DNA from: Candidatus Kerfeldbacteria bacterium
GTDB taxonomy: Bacteria; Patescibacteriota; Patescibacteriia; SBBC01; CAIJZX01
Length of the DNA stretch: 64,000 bases
Assembly: GCA_963731735.1 (NCBI GenBank)
Contig: CAVSWO010000002.1
Span: forward strand, 128,529 to 192,528
Direction of reading: 5' to 3'
Of this stretch, positions 41,560 through 50,865 are shown one piece after another. The notes below the pieces were generated by a model that searched no databases, had not been told where the DNA came from, and saw only the letters and a program-made list of their open reading frames with translations. Position 1 is the first letter of the stretch, and every line of letters begins with the position of its first letter. A program made the position numbers and the translations under genes.

Positions 41560-43075
41560 GGGGTTTTACGATGATAAACTTTTGCTTATCTGAAGAAAAA
41601 TATTTACGGTCTTGGAATGGACGATTATGGACTTGGACTAGGCCAGGCCTCGTAACCGACTCGGTCAGTTTTCGGAATTCACTGTTCACCGTTTTGAGGT
41701 GGTCGGTAATATACTTCGCTAGATACTGTTCATCAACATCACCATTCTGGTGTTTCGGACCGAGCTCAACGAAAAATTCTAGATATTGATTGCTTTTCTC
41801 ATCCTCGCTTGTCTGCATAGCGAATCGTCCGGTGATTTTCCCCTGGAATTCCGGTGCGAGTAAAATGGATTTAATACTTTCCGGATATACATTGACGGCA
41901 TAGATGGTCGCTGTCAGGTTTGAACGCCCAAAGAGATAGGCAAACGGTAAACTCCATGGAGCCGAACCTATAGCCTTGTTTATCACTTCTTGACTGATAC
42001 CAGCTTTGGCCAAGTGCCCTATGATTTCGGTAATGGTGAGGAGGCCGCCCCGATCTTTGGTATTATATCGAACTAATGGTATACCACCAAGATTCGTCAG
42101 CACCAGTTCGTGGTCAACCGCTTCGATGAACTTTGTCAGAGGATTAAACTGGACGATAGACGGTAACGTATCATGACCGAAGAATTGGGTATGCAACTTC
42201 GGCTGTTTATAACAAGCACGACGCAGGTAAACACTCATTGGCGTCTCAACCCCGACGATGCCGCCCTCTGATGATCCGAGTACAGAGGTAATATCTTTGA
42301 ACTCGTGGTTTAATTGTGCATGTTTGAAAACATAATCTCGCCATGACTCGGTATGGACTTCACCACCAACGAGTACCTTCAGTTTCATTTTTGCAATGTC
42401 GATTCCTTCGGTGATAGCTAGGTCAATGATATCTTTTACGAAGGCTGGATAGCCTATGATGAAAACCTGTTCATAATACGGGGCTACATTCCGTAGGATT
42501 TTTATCGTCTCCCCAAGATCGATTCCCGGCGACATGACTGTCAGTGGGTAACCCTTGGCGGCAATAGTCTTTCCTGACGAAAGCATCATCTCGCCGGCAG
42601 TCCAGACACCCATGCCAAGGTTGTCGAGTAAGAGGGTTGAAACGTGATCAATGGCGAAATTTTTGATATACAACAGCTCTAATATTTTTGCTATGCCCAG
42701 ATCCTGATCAAGAAGTCGGGGCCAGTAGAAAGGTTTTCCTGACGATCCCGAACTTGAAGAGATAATGTTGGTTTGTGACAAATTGCCGTCCAAACACAAC
42801 TGATCCAGTGGGTACTGCATCAGGTATGACTCTTTATCGGTTAGTGGAACCTCTTGAAAAGCTTCGTAGGTAGTAATTTTTGTCGAATCGACACTGTGTT
42901 TTTTGAGAAAATCTTTATAGGCCGGTACGCGTTCCGCGACGATCTGAAAACTCTTTAGCGCAAACTCCTTACCCTTTTCATCCCACATAGCGGGAGGTGC
43001 TTTTTGGAGAGCTACTTCGTCCTTGGTGGGATCGGAAGTATAGTATGTCTGAAATAACTCAAGTGGTGTTGGCAT
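41552..43075 (-). CDS. Phenylacetate-CoA ligase-like (PaaK/F390 synthetase) adenylate-forming enzyme
   Basis: SSSGSSGKPFYW P-loop, GYPAF, GGE, PLVRYNTKD, GRS, NVYPESI. Confidence 0.88.
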   Translation of the reverse strand: MPTPLELFQTYYTSDPTKDEVALQKAPPAMWDEKGKEFALKSFQIVAERVPAYKDFLKKHSVDSTKITTYEAFQEVPLTDKESYLMQYPLDQLCLDGNLSQTNIISSSSGSSGKPFYWPRLLDQDLGIAKILELLYIKNFAIDHVSTLLLDNLGMGVWTAGEMMLSSGKTIAAKGYPLTVMSPGIDLGETIKILRNVAPYYEQVFIIGYPAFVKDIIDLAITEGIDIAKMKLKVLVGGEVHTESWRDYVFKHAQLNHEFKDITSVLGSSEGGIVGVETPMSVYLRRACYKQPKLHTQFFGHDTLPSIVQFNPLTKFIEAVDHELVLTNLGGIPLVRYNTKDRGGLLTITEIIGHLAKAGISQEVINKAIGSAPWSLPFAYLFGRSNLTATIYAVNVYPESIKSILLAPEFQGKITGRFAMQTSEDEKSNQYLEFFVELGPKHQNGDVDEQYLAKYITDHLKTVNSEFRKLTESVTRPGLVQVHNRPFQDRKYFSSDKQKFIIVKPHA

Positions 43076-43240
43076 AAAAAGGGAAAAGATTACCCCGATA
43101 TTAAAGCCCTACGGCAAGCAAATGATAACACAAAATGAGGCTTTCGCGTAATATTACGTCATCAAACCTTGCAAGGGATCTTAAGGGTTTCGCGGTCTTT
43201 TAGAAACCAAACTTATTTGAAGTTACCTACAGTTTACCAA

Positions 43241-43545
43241 CTAGACGCCGTCCCCCATCGCGGTACTGTCTGGACAAGTCACTGAGCAAGAAAAACGAAG
43301 TTGCTGGAAGGCGCAAAATACGCTAGAATAACGCCAGTTTGAGGCCTCGGTAGCAGTTGTTTCCTCAAACGTCCTTTCTCCAACTTCTTTGCCTAACCCA
43401 TACCCTTGTATGGCACGGCATCTAACTCCCATCCCTGGTATTGAGCTCTCCGCTCAGTGACTCAGGGATGGGTCATATCCTGAAAGGGGTATGGGTGGCC
43501 GCAAGGCTGCTAGCTGACGGAGAGCTCTGTGTTATGCAGAGATTC
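43241..43545 (+). ncRNA. Candidate structured non-coding RNA, unassigned
   Basis: Dense stems with G-U pairs on the plus strand, GAAA and GCAA tetraloops, and a possible TCTCC/GGAGA pseudoknot. Confidence 0.45.
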
Positions 43546-43603
43546 TCGCAAGCTACAAAATCCCATCCCACGACATGCTTTTATCTACCAATATCCTAAG
43601 CAT

Positions 43604-44122
43604 ATGAAAACCGTCTATGGTTCGCTTTTGCATAGAAAAAATATAGTGGCCATCACCTTTATTGGTGTGTCGGCTATGCTTCTCTCGGGCTGTTCCGGAT
43701 CGTCAACAACGAAGACAACTAATACCACAAACACTGGGGTGTCCGCCCCGCAGGTCAGCGCAGAAGATAGTATCAAGGAAGTCCTGAGAAGTTACAGTTC
43801 ACTTTGCGGACAACGGAAGTTCGGTGATGCATACCAATACGTCGCGTCAGCTAGTAACGTTACCCAGAAGAATTTCGTTGACGACCTAACTGGCCGTGGC
43901 CAGCTTGTAAGCGGATTTAAGGACATTTCCTATAACTACGTTCAAATACATGGCGACACCGCCGATGTTTCATACACGGTGACGTGGAGCCTGCTTACCA
44001 ATTCTGTTAGTGGGGGCGCATACAACTACGAGCGGCAGTACCAAATGGTCAAAGAAACTGGGAATTGGAAAATCCTGTGGAAGAGCGACGACGCAGTAAA
44101 TACGAATTCAACCAATCAGTAA
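43604..44122 (+). CDS. Putative lipoprotein with NTF2-like domain
   Basis: Start ATG 43604; lipobox LLSGC, Ser/Thr linker, C-terminal MVKETGNWKI. Confidence 0.7.
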   Translation: MKTVYGSLLHRKNIVAITFIGVSAMLLSGCSGSSTTKTTNTTNTGVSAPQVSAEDSIKEVLRSYSSLCGQRKFGDAYQYVASASNVTQKNFVDDLTGRGQLVSGFKDISYNYVQIHGDTADVSYTVTWSLLTNSVSGGAYNYERQYQMVKETGNWKILWKSDDAVNTNSTNQ

Positions 44123-44123
44123 C

Positions 44124-44348
44124 ATGTTCAAACGCGTCCCTGTTCAGAAACTCACTGGTCAAGAAACTTTCCACCAGACGGGAGAGAAGAAGTTCAACGT
44201 GTTGGAGTTCTGGCAGTATGGTTTCTCGAACCTGAACTCAAATGTTTTGCGCGGAGCATTGGCCGAGTTCATTGTTGAGAACGCCCTCAAAGACGTAAAG
44301 GACATCAACATCAGAAACCCGTGGGGCGACTCCGATAAAAGATTGAGT
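44124..44348 (+). pseudogene. Gene remnant truncated at the tRNA-Ser 3' end (possible nuclease-like family)
   Basis: EFWQYGFSNLNSNVLRGALAEFIV..AL..R.PW..D, then the frame runs into the antisense of the tRNA. Confidence 0.55.
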
Positions 44349-44442
44349 TGGCGGAGAGGGAGAGATTCGAACTCTCGATACGGGTTTAACCCCGTATAAC
44401 AGGTTAGCAACCTGCCGCTTTCAACCGCTCAGCCACCTCTCC
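44349..44442 (-). tRNA. tRNA-Ser(GCT)
   Basis: GGAGAGG/CCTCTCC acceptor, loop TTGCTAA, long variable arm, AGTTCGAATCT, CCA. Confidence 0.97.
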
Positions 44443-44475
44443 CCGTTTCTGTTGACGATATGTAAAACTGACTTT

Positions 44476-44552
44476 TGGTGCGCCCGACAGGATTCGAACC
44501 TATGACCTTCAGCTCCGCAAGCTGACGCTCTATCCAACTGAGCTACGGGCGC
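44476..44552 (-). tRNA. tRNA-Arg(GCG)
   Basis: GCGCCCG/CGGGCGC acceptor, anticodon arm TCAGC-TTGCGGA-GCTGA, GGTTCGAATCC, CCA. Confidence 0.95.
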
Positions 44553-44635
44553 CAAAAACTTAGCCGGCCTATCGTACCAGAAATTGCGAGGAAAAACAAG
44601 GTCTGAAAAATAGGTGGATCTGCTACAATACCCGC

Positions 44636-46651
44636 ATGTCCTCGCTGCTCACCCCGATCGCCGCCTTGCCGCGAATGCGACCTGAAATTGCCAAGAAATT
44701 TTTGGCCCTGGGTTTAACCACCCTCCAAGACGCCTTGTGGCATTTTCCGATTCGTCATCAGGACTGGCGACAACGACTTGCGATTGCTCAACTCCAATCC
44801 GGTCAGCCAGCTACCGTACTGGCCACTATTCTGTCCATCCGGGGCCGTCGCGCCTGGCGCCGGCGTGGCATACACGTAACGGAAGCGGTGGTCACCGATG
44901 AAAGCGGGGCTCGGCTGCGGGTTGTTTGGTTTAATCAGCCCTATCTGGCCACCTGGATCAAACCGAAGCAGGCTTGGTTTTTGTCCGGAAAAATCAGTGC
45001 TAAAAACGAGCAACTCCAAATGCAAAATCCGATGTATGAACGACCGGGCGCCTCACCAACGCACGAAACATTGGTCCCGGTCTATCCGTCGACGGCCGGG
45101 TTATCACAGTGGCAGATTCGGAAAGTTATTAAACGCGCAGTCGAGTACGCCGCTCTGTTACCCGATCCGTTGGATCATGCAATCCAGGTTAAGAATTCTA
45201 TCGTCGATCGCACCACCGCCTTGAAAGAAATACATTTCCCAACCGATGAGGCGAGTGCCACCCGTGCGGTCAACCGCATGAAGTTTGAGGAGTTATTGAC
45301 CTGGCAACTGCGGTGGCGGTTGGCCGAGTCGGAACGTGAAGCGTTGCCCGGTATCCCGATGCCGTTTCAATCCGAAGCGATCCGAGAATTTATTCAACGT
45401 TTACCGTTTAAATTGACGGATGATCAACGCCTGGCCGCTTGGGAAATGTTTCAGGACATGGGAAAGCCGCGGGCCATGTCGCGTTTGCTTCAAGGTGACG
45501 TCGGAACCGGCAAAACCGTGGTGGCGGCGTTGGCGGCACTCTTGGCGATGCGGCAAGGGTGGCAGGTAGCCTGGCTGGCGCCGACCGTGGTGCTGGCCCA
45601 ACAACACGCCACTACTCTCAAGCGGTTTTTTGCCGGCACGGATTTTTCAATCCATGTCCTGGCCGGACATCAACGCGATTCGGTGGCTAGCCAGCCGGCC
45701 ATTATCGTTGGAACCCATGCCCTGTTTACTGCTCAGTTGGACTGGAGTCGATTGGGTTTGGTGGTGATTGATGAGCAGCAACGCTTTGGGGTGGCGCAGC
45801 GGCAGGTACTGCTTGATCGTCCCCAGGCGGCCGGCCTACCGGTCCCACACTTTCTAAGCTTGACGGCGACACCAATTCCGCGAACCCTGGCTTTGTTCCT
45901 GTCTGGTGAACTGGCTATTTCCAGTCTGCACAGTAGGCCTCCCGGCCGCCAACCGATCGTGACGCGGTTACTTGGTTCGAATGACCGGGACCTGGCTGAT
46001 GAGGCTATCCAGGAGACCTGTGACCGGGGTCTACAGGTCTACGTGATAACCCCGTTGATTGAAGAAAGTGATGTATTCGGCGCCACCGCGGCCACCACCG
46101 AGCACGCTCGGCTAGTAAAAAAGTTTCCGAAGCTGCATGTCGGCCTAGTTCATGGACTTTGCACGCCCGAGGAACGGGTCCAAGCGCTTCAAGACTTTCG
46201 CGAACATCGGTACGATATTTTGGTGAGTACGACTGTTATCGAAGTCGGCGTTGATGTTCCGAACGCGTCCTTAATCGTAATATTGGATGCTGAGCGATTC
46301 GGTCTGGCACAGTTACATCAACTTCGCGGGCGCGTGGGCCGCGGAGATCAGGCCAGCCAGTGCTTACTGGTGACCGAAAAAAATTCAGCCGCGGTTCGGC
46401 AGCGGTTACAACGGGTGGCTGAGACTAACGATGGCCTGGCGCTAGCCGAACTCGATTTATCATTGCGCGGCGCTGGCGACTTGTATGGCCTGCGCCAGTC
46501 CGGCTTGCCGGATTGGAAATTGGCGACCTTACAGGATCAGGAATTGATGACTCGGGCCCGCCAAACTGCCGAATCGCTGGATTCCGCAAATCGACAACGT
46601 TTACTCACCGCGCTGAGTGGTGAAACTCAGGTCAACGTGCATCGGGAGTAG
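44636..46651 (+). CDS. recG: ATP-dependent DNA helicase RecG
   Basis: WFNQPYL wedge domain, LQGDVGTGKT, DEQQRFG, TATPIPRTL, LHQLRGRVGRG; TGnTACAAT lies 6 nt before the ATG. Confidence 0.95.
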   Translation: MSSLLTPIAALPRMRPEIAKKFLALGLTTLQDALWHFPIRHQDWRQRLAIAQLQSGQPATVLATILSIRGRRAWRRRGIHVTEAVVTDESGARLRVVWFNQPYLATWIKPKQAWFLSGKISAKNEQLQMQNPMYERPGASPTHETLVPVYPSTAGLSQWQIRKVIKRAVEYAALLPDPLDHAIQVKNSIVDRTTALKEIHFPTDEASATRAVNRMKFEELLTWQLRWRLAESEREALPGIPMPFQSEAIREFIQRLPFKLTDDQRLAAWEMFQDMGKPRAMSRLLQGDVGTGKTVVAALAALLAMRQGWQVAWLAPTVVLAQQHATTLKRFFAGTDFSIHVLAGHQRDSVASQPAIIVGTHALFTAQLDWSRLGLVVIDEQQRFGVAQRQVLLDRPQAAGLPVPHFLSLTATPIPRTLALFLSGELAISSLHSRPPGRQPIVTRLLGSNDRDLADEAIQETCDRGLQVYVITPLIEESDVFGATAATTEHARLVKKFPKLHVGLVHGLCTPEERVQALQDFREHRYDILVSTTVIEVGVDVPNASLIVILDAERFGLAQLHQLRGRVGRGDQASQCLLVTEKNSAAVRQRLQRVAETNDGLALAELDLSLRGAGDLYGLRQSGLPDWKLATLQDQELMTRARQTAESLDSANRQRLLTALSGETQVNVHRE

Positions 46652-46652
46652 C

Positions 46653-49600
46653 TCAGTTTTGCCGCGGCGCGGTCACCGGTCCCGGCGTGGGAGAAACTTT
46701 CGAGAGCGTACAAATTTTATCATAGTTTGCTTTTGTCCCGAGGACATACCCGATCCCCTGATTTTGTAATTGTTGTAATCGGGCGGCCGAGGCATCCTTG
46801 ATTTTAATGTCTTCGCCCTGACAATAGCGCGTGGCATTACCTGGTCCAAGATAATATCCAAAGGCGGTATAAATTAAATTACGGTTGACGCAGGACGTCT
46901 GGGAAATTTTGGCTAAGTACAGGGCGGCCATCCGGACTTGTGTTTCCAGGTGCGCGTCCAGCCAATCCCGGCAGCTTTTGATCAGCGTATTGGTGGCCGT
47001 ATCTACGTTGTTCGATTCCGGACACGCAGACGGCAACGAACCATTGACCTGCTTGAGGAGCGGAAGCATGGTGCCCACCACAAATTGGCCTATGCCATAG
47101 GCGGTAGTGGCCGCCCGGCCGTCGGCGCCTTTGACCTCGGTGCCGGTGGAAAGCGGATAACCATCGCTCGTTTTTTTACTTTCTTGCATAATAATTGCCT
47201 TGACCAGGAAACGGTCGACTTTGTAGTCACCTGCCGCATCATTGATCCAACGGTTAAGGCCAGACTGGCAGGCTGGACTAACTTTATTGGCGCAAGCCTG
47301 ATCCGGGTCGCCACGCAGCGTCGTTGCCGCGCAAGCCGGCCACTCGCCGACTTGTTTGGCAACTTGTACATTGAGTTCAAACAACTTCTGATCAACCGTG
47401 GCAATCGTTAAACCCTGAAATTTCGTCAATTGCGGATTGATGAGGTTCAGGAGTACCACCGACACCAAGGCCAGAATCACACCGATTATGGCATTATTGA
47501 TGATGTCGCGGGCGTCATTAATCCGTCCCGCGTTCCCGGCTGCGGTGACCCAGCGAATCCCGCCGTAGACCACCATCACGGTTGCCAAGATTCCTACCAC
47601 CCAGATGAATAAGATAAACACCGCCTGAATATATTGGGCGACTGACTCGCCGCTAATTGGTCCGCCCAGAAACCCGGGGAGCGGCACTTCCGGCACGAAT
47701 TGGACAGATTTATCAGCCGAGCTCGGGCTCGATCCGGTGCCTCCGCTGCTGGTGCGGGTGGAGCTTGAACTGGAAACAGCGCTGGCTCCGTTGGTGGTGA
47801 TCGAAATCGGCTGACTGGTAGTCTGATTACCGGCCGCGTCCTGTGCTCGAGCCGTTAATTGGTGGGTGCCGGCCGCCACCGAAGAACTGTCCCAGGATAA
47901 ACTAAAGGGCGAGACCGTACTGGCCCCGATCTGGGTGGTGTCAAGAAAATAGTCGACCCGGGTCACGCCGGTATCATCACTGGCGGCCACCGCGATACTA
48001 ATCTGGCCTTGGACGCTGGTTTGGGTGGCGGGTGAGGTAATCGTCACGCTTGGCGCTTGCGTATCGTTCGTGCAAGCCTGCGTCAGGGCCGGACGGCTGT
48101 TGTTCGTTCCGCAACCATTGGCGTCCGTACAGGTACGTGACTGCTGTCCATTCTGACAGACCGACCAGGCGCTACACTGCCAATTCTCGGTACAGGCGCT
48201 TGGCGGAGGCGGCGGCGCGGCCGCGCTTGGGTCGGCACCGATGTTGGTGCCGTTGCTACCGGCGCCGATAGCCGGCGAACCAGCCTGCAAGGACAAATCA
48301 TAAGTAGCGGCATTTACAAATAGCGGATCGCCTTCAATCGAATTGGCCTGCTCACCACTCAGAGTCTTCCAACCGGCCAACGAGGCGGCGGCGCCGAAAC
48401 TGACACTCCCGTTTCGTTTGTGGTAGAGATTATGATGGGCGGTAAATCCGGTATAGTCGTTGGTATTGTCGATGCTGTTACCGAGTGAACTGACAATATT
48501 GTTCGTCCACACCGTATTAGCGGCTCCTGAAACATCAAAGGTGACGCCGGAACCGTTAGAAGCTTGGTTGTAAAACGTATTGTGGTCATAGGTATTTTTC
48601 GGTTGGAGGTGCGAACCGGTCGGAGAGTTTGAATACAAAATATTGTTGGAAAAAACATTATTCTGGGCAATCGCTTGGATCCAGAGCGCTTTCCCATTAT
48701 CGGCAATGATCGTATTTCCGCGGAAGGTATTATTCGAAGGAAAACCCTTGAAGGCCGCTCCTTCGTTGCCAGAAACCATGGTCAAACCACCGCGTTGGTC
48801 ATTGACCGCATGATTCACGTGAATGGTATTGTTGGTGAAAGTCCCGCCCGTCCAGCCGTCACGAATCAGGAAACCAGTGGCCTGTCCGGTGGCAATCACT
48901 AGATTATTGTCAAACACATCGTTCGTGCTGCAAGCCAAATAGACGGTCAGCGGATTGTCCGTCAGCGTGTCGATGGTATTGGTAATCGTATTGCCGGTCA
49001 CCACGCGTCCCGAAGCAGGACAGGGATGCGTCGCGTCCCCATAATTATGAAAGTCAATAAAGCGACTGGCTGATCCCGTGATGGTGTTATTTTCCAGGTG
49101 GAAATTGAGCGCCTGGTTCCACCAGGCACACGTGGCGTCGTCAATACATCCCCCGTTGGTATTATCCGAGATTACCCCGCCGTTAATCGTGTTCCCGCGA
49201 ACCGTGATACTATCACCGCCGTAGTTTCCAAACTCTCCAAAGGTGGCGTTGGCAAAGGTGATGTCCGAGTTGTTATCTCCGTAGTTTCGAACCCCGTTAG
49301 AGCTGGAAAAATTGCTGATCTGAATTGTATGATACGGGCCCGATCCGTAATCGGCGACCTCGACCGCATCTCCCCCAGTGGCCGTGATGGTTTTTCCGTT
49401 GCCATCGAAGGTGACGTTGCTAGCGCGAATTGAAAAACACGTACCGGACGATGAAACGTTGTTTTCCAGCCGATAGCTCCCCGCGTTCGTTATTGTTTGA
49501 CAACCGGTGAGACTTATGACCGTTTGGGCATCGGTCAGGGATGCGAACACGGCAAGCAACGCGACCACGCCCAAACCAAATACCCAGGCCGACGTTCGCC

Positions 49601-49673
49601 AGGCAGACCGGCGTTTACCGGAGCGCAATTTTTTGGATTGTGCCGGTGTTTGCATCCACAAAATAGAGGGCAT
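46653..49673 (-). CDS. Multidomain protein: beta-helix, Cys repeat, Ig-like, TrbC/VirB2-like pilin and lytic transglycosylase-like domain
   Basis: NNTI/GNTI solenoid repeats, CTENWQCSAWSVC, DTQAPSVTITSP..VDYFLD, YGGIRWVTAAGN..DARDIINNAIIG, KAIIMQES..AYGIGQF. Confidence 0.8.
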   Translation of the reverse strand: MPSILWMQTPAQSKKLRSGKRRSAWRTSAWVFGLGVVALLAVFASLTDAQTVISLTGCQTITNAGSYRLENNVSSSGTCFSIRASNVTFDGNGKTITATGGDAVEVADYGSGPYHTIQISNFSSSNGVRNYGDNNSDITFANATFGEFGNYGGDSITVRGNTINGGVISDNTNGGCIDDATCAWWNQALNFHLENNTITGSASRFIDFHNYGDATHPCPASGRVVTGNTITNTIDTLTDNPLTVYLACSTNDVFDNNLVIATGQATGFLIRDGWTGGTFTNNTIHVNHAVNDQRGGLTMVSGNEGAAFKGFPSNNTFRGNTIIADNGKALWIQAIAQNNVFSNNILYSNSPTGSHLQPKNTYDHNTFYNQASNGSGVTFDVSGAANTVWTNNIVSSLGNSIDNTNDYTGFTAHHNLYHKRNGSVSFGAAASLAGWKTLSGEQANSIEGDPLFVNAATYDLSLQAGSPAIGAGSNGTNIGADPSAAAPPPPPSACTENWQCSAWSVCQNGQQSRTCTDANGCGTNNSRPALTQACTNDTQAPSVTITSPATQTSVQGQISIAVAASDDTGVTRVDYFLDTTQIGASTVSPFSLSWDSSSVAAGTHQLTARAQDAAGNQTTSQPISITTNGASAVSSSSSTRTSSGGTGSSPSSADKSVQFVPEVPLPGFLGGPISGESVAQYIQAVFILFIWVVGILATVMVVYGGIRWVTAAGNAGRINDARDIINNAIIGVILALVSVVLLNLINPQLTKFQGLTIATVDQKLFELNVQVAKQVGEWPACAATTLRGDPDQACANKVSPACQSGLNRWINDAAGDYKVDRFLVKAIIMQESKKTSDGYPLSTGTEVKGADGRAATTAYGIGQFVVGTMLPLLKQVNGSLPSACPESNNVDTATNTLIKSCRDWLDAHLETQVRMAALYLAKISQTSCVNRNLIYTAFGYYLGPGNATRYCQGEDIKIKDASAARLQQLQNQGIGYVLGTKANYDKICTLSKVSPTPGPVTAPRQN

Positions 49674-50865
49674 CTTCGGTTGGGGTTAGGCGCAATTGGG
49701 TCGCGCTGTAGCGCTGATTGAGGTTCTGATCAACCGGCCGGGCTACAATTTCCGAGCTACCACGCAATAAATCAATTTTGTAAATATTGTCCGGAATTCC
49801 AGTCGCCAAAGACGGTTGCGGGCCCGAACCCGGATCAAGGTAATACGGCACAGCACAAAAGACATCCACGCCGCTGGCTGAAAAGACGCATTTGTCGGCC
49901 GTAGTGTTTAGCCCCAAATCCACCAGTCCGCTGCCGATTGATTCCGGTGAAGCATTCATGATGTATAAATGCGGGATTTCATCGGTGGTCGGACCGTAGG
50001 CGCTATACAGCAGCTTGCGTCCGTCCGGTGACCACTTTGGATCAAAGCCCCGACCCTGGATCGTGGCGGACGGAAAGTTTTCGCCGTTCGCCCCTAAAAA
50101 GATGATTTCAGATAATTGATCGCTGGTACTTTTTTCATAGGTTGCAATTATCTGGTTATTCGGTGACCACAGCGGCGTAACTTTATCCGCGTTCGATCCC
50201 AAGTGTTCGACCGCCTGCGATTGTGATCCATCAGGTTTCGAAACCATCAGCCACTGATCATCGGTGTTGCCCGGATTTAAATACTTTGAGACCACCTGAT
50301 CAGACTGCGCGGAAAACGAAAAGTCGTTTAATTCATTCGGGAGCGTGGTTTGTTTATCCTGCGTGAAATCATAGAGAATTTTCGCGCCGTCCGGAAAACT
50401 GATTATGGCCTGGCTGCCATCAGCCGACCAATCGACGTTTTGAACATCTTTATAGGTCGCGTCCGAGAGCGGCGTAGTCGTTAAGCCATCGGCGCTGAGC
50501 ATGAAGAATTTACCGCTGGTCGCGTCGTAAAACCGAAAATCATTTGAAGTAGTCGAGACCAGTTGCTCCGAGGTAGTGTCGACCACGGTCTGGCTCAAGG
50601 TCGCGCCGCCGTTCGCCACCGCGTCGGGTTGGGTTTGCCCCTGTAAGCCATTTACAATCGGCAAGGCGTTGACGTTGCTGGGCGTTTGGCCGTTGATGTT
50701 GCCATTGTTCACGTTCGGCAGTCCATTCACCACCACGCCGTTCGCGTTATTGACTGGCGTGGTCGGCGTCGAACGGAAAAAGACTAGCCAAATCACGTAG
50801 AAAATAGCTAGCACCACCACCACGAAGGCGGAAATCAACAGTATTCTACGAAGCGTGGGATTCAT
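49615..50865 (-). CDS. Membrane-anchored TolB-like beta-propeller protein
   Basis: TM helix and repeated WSADG / WSPNN / WSPDG blades. Confidence 0.75.
   Translation of the reverse strand: MNPTLRRILLISAFVVVVLAIFYVIWLVFFRSTPTTPVNNANGVVVNGLPNVNNGNINGQTPSNVNALPIVNGLQGQTQPDAVANGGATLSQTVVDTTSEQLVSTTSNDFRFYDATSGKFFMLSADGLTTTPLSDATYKDVQNVDWSADGSQAIISFPDGAKILYDFTQDKQTTLPNELNDFSFSAQSDQVVSKYLNPGNTDDQWLMVSKPDGSQSQAVEHLGSNADKVTPLWSPNNQIIATYEKSTSDQLSEIIFLGANGENFPSATIQGRGFDPKWSPDGRKLLYSAYGPTTDEIPHLYIMNASPESIGSGLVDLGLNTTADKCVFSASGVDVFCAVPYYLDPGSGPQPSLATGIPDNIYKIDLLRGSSEIVARPVDQNLNQRYSATQLRLTPTEDALYFVDANTGTIQKIALR

Noticed and set aside
43241-43545. RNase P, tmRNA, SRP or group II intron
   Set aside because: I found no GAGGAAAGUCC, tRNA-like tmRNA ends, SRP GGAA/AGCAG loop or domain V motif on either strand.
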